A stretch of DNA of 64,000 nucleotides from Octopus vulgaris (taxonomy: Eukaryota), in assembly GCA_951406725.2 (NCBI GenBank), contig OX597839.1, positions 38,812,001-38,876,000 of the forward strand, read 5' to 3'. The notes under the pieces are model-generated. The model saw only the letters and a list, made by a program, of their open reading frames with translations, searched no databases and was not told the DNA's origin. The position numbers were made by a program, and so were the translations under genes. Positions 56,600 through 64,000 of the stretch are shown here, piece by piece (within the stretch, counting starts at the first letter, position 1; every line of letters begins with the position of its first letter).

Positions 56600-56815
56600 T
56601 GTGTGTATATGTTTGTGTGTCCGTGTTTGTTTCCCCCAATATCGCTTGACAACCGATGCTGGTGTGTTTACGTCCCAGTAACTTAGCAAATTCGGCAAAA
56701 GTGACCGATAGAATAAGTACGAGGCTTACAAAGAATAAGTCCCGGGGTTGATTTGCTCGTCTAAAGGCGGTGCTCCAGCATGGCCACAGTCAAATGACTG
56801 AATCAAGTAAAAAAG
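56210..56815 (+). mobile_element. SINE family A with expanded TA tract and small internal inverted duplication (56517-56546)
   Basis: tacgacaggcttctttcagcttccgtctac is the reverse complement of 56345-56374. Confidence 0.85.
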
Positions 56816-57803
56816 TAACAGAGAGTATATATATATATATGTGCAAGTATGTACATATATATACATACATGCATACATATATATATACACACACACAAAT
56901 ATGTATATGTTTATATATGTATATGTATATATATGTATGTATGCATGTATGTAGACATGTGTTAAGGTTGTTCACCTAAGTATCATCGCATAAATTTGCA
57001 TAAACATACAAACAAACTCACCCCTGCCACATGCACGTACACATGCATCTGATAGGAATAAATTGAAATGTGTATTGGTACGGTTCGTCGACATCTGAAG
57101 GATATGGGTGGACGTGTGTGGATATGTGTGTGCATGTATTTGTATGAGTGAGTGAGTCTGTGTGAACATGTGTGCGTGTGTATGTACACACACACATATA
57201 TGTAAAGATGTATGGATGTATGCGAAAAGATCTCAAATTTTATTTGATTTGCTTTTAGCAGGAAGGAAAGTTTCTTATCGAAGATACGTCTCGCCTTCAC
57301 CTTCGAAACGCAGAGTAGATGAAACCATGGCGACTGAAGAAGGGGTTTTTTCTTTGTGTTATTTGTCCTGTACTCTATTTTTTTGTTGTTTAAAAAAAAA
57401 ATGTCCAGTTCCTTGGGTTTGTGTCTATGTTTTCGTTTCTCATTGTGTTCGACGTTTTTTGGTGTCCTGTACTCATATATGCGTGTATATATACATGTAG
57501 AGGTAGGTACGTACATATATGTATATATATATGCATATGTTTTATTTATTAATATATATATATATATATATGTACAAAAATACGCTTTTAGTAGTCTACC
57601 CTCATTGCACTCCAGAGAGATTCTACCAGTAAGGTAGATACTCTCTCTCTTTCTCTTTCTCTCTCTCTCTCTCACATGTATATTTGATATAATTTAAGAA
57701 GTGTATTGCTATGCTCATGGACATATATGTCTCTCTGTGTGTATGTATGTATGTATATATATCATTCTCGCGTTGTTGTCTTGTTTTGTGTTTTTCGTTT
57801 TTT

Positions 57804-57862
<59 letters not shown>

Positions 57863-58109
57863 TATACATGTATGTAGAGAAACACACTTTTATTAGTCTA
57901 CCCTCACTTCACTCCAATAAGATAGATTCTCTCCCTGTCTCTCTGTTTCTCTCCTCCCTATCTCTCTTACGTGTATATTTGATATAATTTAAGAAGTCTA
58001 TTCCTATGCTCATGGGCCGATTTAAGGAACGAGGGAGAAACGGGAAGTGTACAAAACAAGAGATCAATAATAACTAGAGCAGAGAGACACTAATAACAAT
58101 TAAAATAAA

Positions 58110-58164
<55 letters not shown>

Positions 58165-58469
58165 TATATGTATATGTGTGTCTGTGCATATAATGCATAT
58201 ATTTATATGTATACATTTATGTACGTGAGTGTGAATACACGTGTGTATACGTGTATATATATATATGTATGTATATATATATTCTTACAAACGAACACAT
58301 ATACACGATTATGCATGCACTTACGCACATACATAACTCCATACACATATATAAATATACAAATATATATACACACATGCACACACATTTATGTATGCAT
58401 ATATGTGAGTTATATATATATATATAAAACTCACAGACGTACATAGTCATACATCTGAATATGTATATA

Positions 58470-58508
<39 letters not shown>

Positions 58509-58629
58509 ATATATATATGCACACATGAAATATGAATGTTTTCTTATATACATATATGCATTGTACATGCGAGTATGAACAAAAGTGTGTGTGTGTGAGT
58601 GAGTGAGTGTGTGTGTGTGTGTGTGTGCG

Positions 58630-58674
<45 letters not shown>

Positions 58675-58833
58675 CTTTTAAACTGGAGATGGTAAGAAAC
58701 CAGCGACGAAAGAACAGACCAAGAAATATCAAAACAAAATAATAAACACATCCGCCATATTTGGTTATTAAACTTTTTTCCTTTTTTTCTTTTTGCATTC
58801 TAAGTTTCCTTCCCTCATTCTTTTCCTTCTTCA

Positions 58834-58869
<36 letters not shown>

Positions 58870-59109
58870 TTACTTCTTCTTTCTCTGTTTTTCATTCGTT
58901 CTACATTACATTTCTATCTATTTACAGTCCATGCTTTCTTTTACTTCTTGAAAATCTTCCTTCATTTCCTTCTTCCTTACTTTTATCCTGCTACTCATTC
59001 TTTTCCGTTTCCTCATTCTTGTTGTTGATGATGTTGTGGTTGTCGTTTCGGTTGTTGTTGTTGTTGTTGTTACTATTTTATTTGCTGTTAATTTTATTGC
59101 ACTTCTCCC

Positions 59110-59385
59110 GAGTTCTTCTTCTTCTTCTTCTTCTTCTTCTTCTTTTTCTTCATCATCATCTTCTTCTTCTTCTTCTTCTTCATCATCATCTTCTTCTTTT
59201 TCTTTTTCTTCATCATCTTCTTCTTTTTCTTCTTCTTCTTCTTCTTCTTCATCATCTTCTTCTTCTTCTTCTTCTTCTTCTTCTTCATCATCTTCTTCTT
59301 TTTCTTCATCATCATCTTCTTCTTCTTCATCATCTTCTTTTTCTTCTTCTTCTTCTTCTTCTTCTTCTTCTTCTTCTTCTTCTCG
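59110..59385. repeat. (CTT)n/(CAT)n microsatellite
   Basis: Direct inspection. Confidence 0.95.
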
Positions 59386-60133
59386 TTTTGCTTCTTCTCC
59401 TCCTTTTTCTTCTCCTTGTAGTTGTTTTTGTTGTTCTCTTCCTTTTCATTTTTTTTTTTACAATACTCTTCTATTACTTTCTCTCCTCCTCCTCCTTTTT
59501 CTTCTTCTTCTTCTTCTTCTTCTTTTCATCCTCGTTCTTTTTCACTTCCTCATCTTTCTCCCCCTCTTCCTCTTCTCGTTCTGTTTATTCTCCTTCTTCT
59601 CTTCTATTAGTTGATGTTGATGTTCTTTTCTTTTTGTTTTTAATATACTCTTCTTCTTCTTCTTCTTCTCCTCCTCCTCCTCCTCCTCCTCCTTCTTTCC
59701 CCCCCGCTCCCTCCTCCACCCCCCTACAAATAAATAAGTCAACTAATATCAGTTGTGATTAGTCAAAACTGCGGACATTTTGTAGCTTTTTTTTTTCGCC
59801 TTTCAAAATTAAAACAAAAATACACACACACGCACATACATACACACTTATCATGCATATGTAAATGTATGTATATGCATATATTTCCATAGATAAGAAT
59901 ATATATATACATATATAAAAACACACATATACACACACACACACATATTTATGCATATATACATACATATACACACACACACATATATGCATATCTATAT
60001 CCTTATATATATATATATGTCTTTACACATACATATACATTACAGCCAAATTCACACATACTCATACACACACGCATATATATACATATCTGATTATGTA
60101 TGACTATCTATTTATCTATTTACATAGCTATTT

Positions 60134-60175
<42 letters not shown>

Positions 60176-60284
60176 TTATACATATTTGTGTATTGATTTT
60201 AGCTGATCGATTTTTTAATCTTTCATTGGTTACAGTGTTATTTGTACGATAGGTGGCTTAACAAGAGTAGGAGATACGCAAATA

Positions 60285-60404
60285 GATAGACAGAAAGAGA
60301 GGGAGAGAGAGCGAGGGAGAGGCAGGAGAGACAGAGTAAGAGAGAGAGAGAGAGAGAGAGAGAAGACAGAGTGGCAGAGGAGAGGAAGACAGAGACACAG
60401 AGCC

Positions 60405-60452
<48 letters not shown>

Positions 60453-60538
60453 ACAGATAGATAGAGATAAATAGAGAGAGAGAGAGAGTGATGAGAGGAT
60501 GAGAGAGATAGAGAGACAGAGAGAAGAGGAAGACAGAT

Positions 60539-60575
<37 letters not shown>

Positions 60576-60706
60576 GTGAGACAGAGAATCACTGAGAATG
60601 AGAGTGAGAGAGAGAGACATAGAAAGAGACACCGGCAGACAGAGACACCGGCAGACAGAGACAGAGAGAGAAAACCACAGTGAGAGAAAGAAAGAGACAG
60701 GTAAAC

Positions 60707-60753
<47 letters not shown>

Positions 60754-60870
60754 ACACATAGAGACTCACAGAAAGTGAGAAAGACAGAAAGAGGGACTGA
60801 GACAAATGGAGTGAGAGAGAGAGTGACAGAGTGAGAGGAGAAGAGAGAGAGAGAGAGAGAGAGATAGACA
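60285..60870. repeat. Complex (GA)n purine tract
   Basis: Direct inspection. Confidence 0.9.
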
Positions 60871-61092
60871 GTGGGTGAGGGAGGAGGTAGGGTGTGTGTG
60901 GTTGTCGAAAACGACATGCACATATTGTGGTGGTGGTAGTGGTGGTGGTGGTGTTGGTGTTGGTGAGTAAATGGATAGTAAATCGATTGAGGTGATATGT
61001 ATTGATTGAAGTGTGGCAGAAGATGAAAGACGATGGGAATAATGTGAAAGATGGTTAGTTGGCTGTATATAGAATTATAGAGAGACGAGTAG

Positions 61093-61149
<57 letters not shown>

Positions 61150-61365
61150 TGTATGTATGGAAAGACAGAGAGATTGGTAGATTGATGGGTAGATACATTG
61201 TTAAATATATATATATATATGGGAAGACAGAGGAAGAAAGGGAGAGATTACCATGTAGGTAGGTGGGTAGATAGATTGATAGGTAGATACCCAGGTAGGT
61301 AAATGCATTCACCAATTCAACGATACATAGAAACATATACACATACACAGATATGCACTCACAAA

Positions 61366-61417
<52 letters not shown>

Positions 61418-61466
61418 CCTACCTACCTACCTACCTACCTACCTACCTACCTACATACATACCTAC

Positions 61467-61521
<55 letters not shown>

Positions 61522-61546
61522 CCTACCTACCTACCTACCTACCTAC

Positions 61547-61617
<71 letters not shown>

Positions 61618-62159
61618 CGTATATTCGCTTACTCTGTCTCTCTCTCTCTCTCTTGTTGTATATATATTGGAACGACGTGGTTTTCAGTTCAGTCTCACAT
61701 CGTAACACATTGGGCAAATGTCTTCTGAAATAGCTTCCTACAAATGTCTTCCACAAACACATTGCCAGCGGATTTGGTAGCCCGTCTTTTAAGGTGTGTC
61801 TTTTAATGTGTGTCTTTTACGTTTGTGTTTGACAACCGATGCTGCCTTTTTTTTTCTTTCTGTTTTCGCCCCCGCAACTTAGTGATTTGGCAAACGTGAT
61901 CGATAGAAGAAGTAACACCCTTGAAAAGATAGATAAGTAGTGGGTTCCATGTTTTCGACTGAAATCTTCAAGGCAGTACCCCAGCATGGCCGCATTCCAA
62001 TAACATACAAATAAAAGATAAAGGATATCAACCTTTAATTATTGTTCTTTATCATATTTTCTCTCTATATTTCCGTGTGATTTTCTTTCGCTTTCTAAAT
62101 TAGTAATTCGTCCAAATACTCTGTTGTTGTACGTCTTTTAACCATCTTCTTAAAAGATT

Positions 62160-62350
62160 TCCAGAGCGCCCGACACAATGCTTAGCGGCATTTCGCCTGT
62201 CTGTAAGTTCTGAGTTCAAATTCTGCCAAGGTTCACTTTACCATTCTTCCTTTCGGGGGTCGAAGGAACCAGTACCATATGTACATTGGGGTCGATGTAA
62301 TCGACTTGACCCCTCCTCCGAAATTGGTGGCCTTCTGCCAAAATTTGAAT
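62160..62350 (+). mobile_element. SINE family B, degenerate
   Basis: gcttagcggcatttcg...ctgagttcaaa...ggggtcgatgtaatcgact. Confidence 0.8.
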
Positions 62351-62354
62351 CTAG

Positions 62355-62785
62355 TCAATCGGACACTGCGATAGGCGGAACGTCCGCTTTAGCTTTTTAT
62401 AGAGGATTAGTGGCAGCAAAATGCGACGACGTTCTTGGGGAGACTTTGAGTGTCTAAGAAGATCAGCTAGACGCTCTTTTCCGCAGAACTTTCGACCTTC
62501 GACCGATGGAAAATTTCCAAGAATTTCTAGCCTGGCAGTGCTACCTGGGAGCATTGCATGTCCGAGATGTGCGCAGGAAGACGAGGCGGTCCTGTATGCA
62601 CCCGTCCATTGCCCGAGCATTGCTGACCTCTGGGTTTATGTCGAACACCTACTGTCGCGTGTAGGACGGATCCCGCTGTCAACTGAATCTTTCATGAAGA
62701 TCTCCCCGCCGCTTTCCTTTAACCGGGAAGGAAATGCTCTGTTTATATGCCTGGTGGCCATGGCGAAAGCGGTTGTGTGGTATCA
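62355..62785 (+). mobile_element. Tx1/L1-clade LINE C-terminal fragment (zf-RVT-like)
   Basis: FYRGLV..., FQEFLAWQCYLGAL, CPRCAQEDEAVLYAPVHCPSIADLW. Confidence 0.7.
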
Positions 62786-62789
62786 AAAT

Positions 62790-63192
62790 AGTGGAGGCTC
62801 AATGGCCTAGGGGTTAGGGCAGCGGACTTGCGGTCGTAGAATCGCAGTTTCGATTCCCAGACCGGGCGTTGTGAGTGCTTATTAAGCGAAAACACATAAA
62901 GCTCCACGAGGCTCTGGTAGTGGGTGCTGGCGAACCCTGCTGTACTCATTCACCACAACTTTCTCTCACTCTTTCTTCCACTTTCTGTTGTACCTGTATT
63001 TCAAAGGGGCCAGCCTTGTCACACTCTGTGTCACGCTGAATCTCATCGAGAACATCGTTATGGGTACACGTGTCTGTGGAGTGCTCAGCCACTTACACGT
63101 TAATTTCACGAGCAGGCTGTTCCGTTGATCAGATCAACTGGAACCATCGTCGTCGTAACCGACGGAGTTCCACGAAAAACAAAAAAACAAAA
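62790..63192 (+). mobile_element. tRNA-derived SINE (family D)
   Basis: TGGCCTAGGGG A-box-like, GTTTCGATTCC B-box-like, A-rich tail. The head resembles 5423. Confidence 0.8.
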
Positions 63193-63194
63193 AG

Positions 63195-64000
63195 AATCAA
63201 ATGGACATGAGGGATCAATCGGTTAGCAAATTCGATTTTCCTCGTCTATTACTCTTATATCTGGCTTGTTATGTTCTATCTTATCCGTTTGAATAAGAAA
63301 CTCTTATAATATCTTGCCTGTTTCCGATAGAAATACTGTTTCTACCGGATGTGCCACCATATATTCTCTGCTTCAACGCCACCATTTTTGACAAAGCTTC
63401 CAGTCCAAAACTTTCACAACTTGGTCAGACTTTCATTTCTGATATTCTCCCTGGGTCAACTTGGGGCATTCTGCAACAATATTTGCCACTGTTTCATCTC
63501 CAAACTCCACACATTCTACATTCTGCCGACACCTTCTTCCCACACGTACATTTTTCCAAGATTTTTTGATTGCAACGCTTGATCTCGAGCTGCTATAATA
63601 AAGCCCACTGTTTCTTTTTTCAGCCAAACCCAGGATTTTCTTCCTCATACATACTCAGTGGCTTCCCGAAGCTGACCATTCAAAGGTTTCTTTTCAATCT
63701 GTTTAACCTCTGCTCTCTTTGAATTTTGCTTTTGTCTTTTTCTCCTTGTCCAGTCTTGATCACTTGTTCTTTATTCACTGCCTTTAGTAACTTTTCTTCT
63801 CTGTTATGTAAATAATCAAATAAGCCGTTTCGTTCTATCTACACACACTCCTTCACACCAATGAAGCTTCTTTCACCCTGGTCTCTCTTCAAGCACAACC
63901 AGTCACTATCAACTTTCGAATGGCGGGAGCCATATATGGCCAACAACTTTCTAGTTTTTCTATCAAGTTTCTGCGTTTCGCTTTTTGTCCAGTCTCCAAT
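63195..64000 (-). mobile_element. R4/Dong-like LINE fragment (post-RT region through zinc knuckle)
   Basis: DWTKSETQKLDRKTRKLLAIYG.., AARDQAL, GDETVANIVAECPKLTQGEY. Runs off the window end. Confidence 0.8.

Overview
AT-rich, repeat-saturated eukaryotic non-coding DNA, most consistent with an octopus (cephalopod) genome. That call is inferred from the tRNA-derived SINE families and the extreme (TA)n/(CA)n/(ATGT)n/(AAT)n/(GAT)n load. I recognise no intact host protein-coding gene, and almost the whole ORF track is translated microsatellite. Supportable content: about 25 copies of two SINE families; R4/Dong-like restriction-like-endonuclease (REL) LINE fragments nested in (AAT)n; a second REL LINE family and an RTE 3' end in (ATGT)n; a Tx1/L1 fragment; and four Tc1/mariner remnants. 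The most interesting signal is a set of short, mutually unrelated elements embedded in (TA)n that share a hammerhead-ribozyme (HHR) grammar: stem I, CUGANGA-like core, stem II, GAA, palindromic stem III (AC...GU), H, stem I. They occur as tandem pairs or long foldbacks. They look like Penelope-like-element pseudo-LTR derivatives with non-canonical cores (CUGUNGA, CCGANGA). All structures were read by eye, and coordinates of degenerate repeats are approximate.
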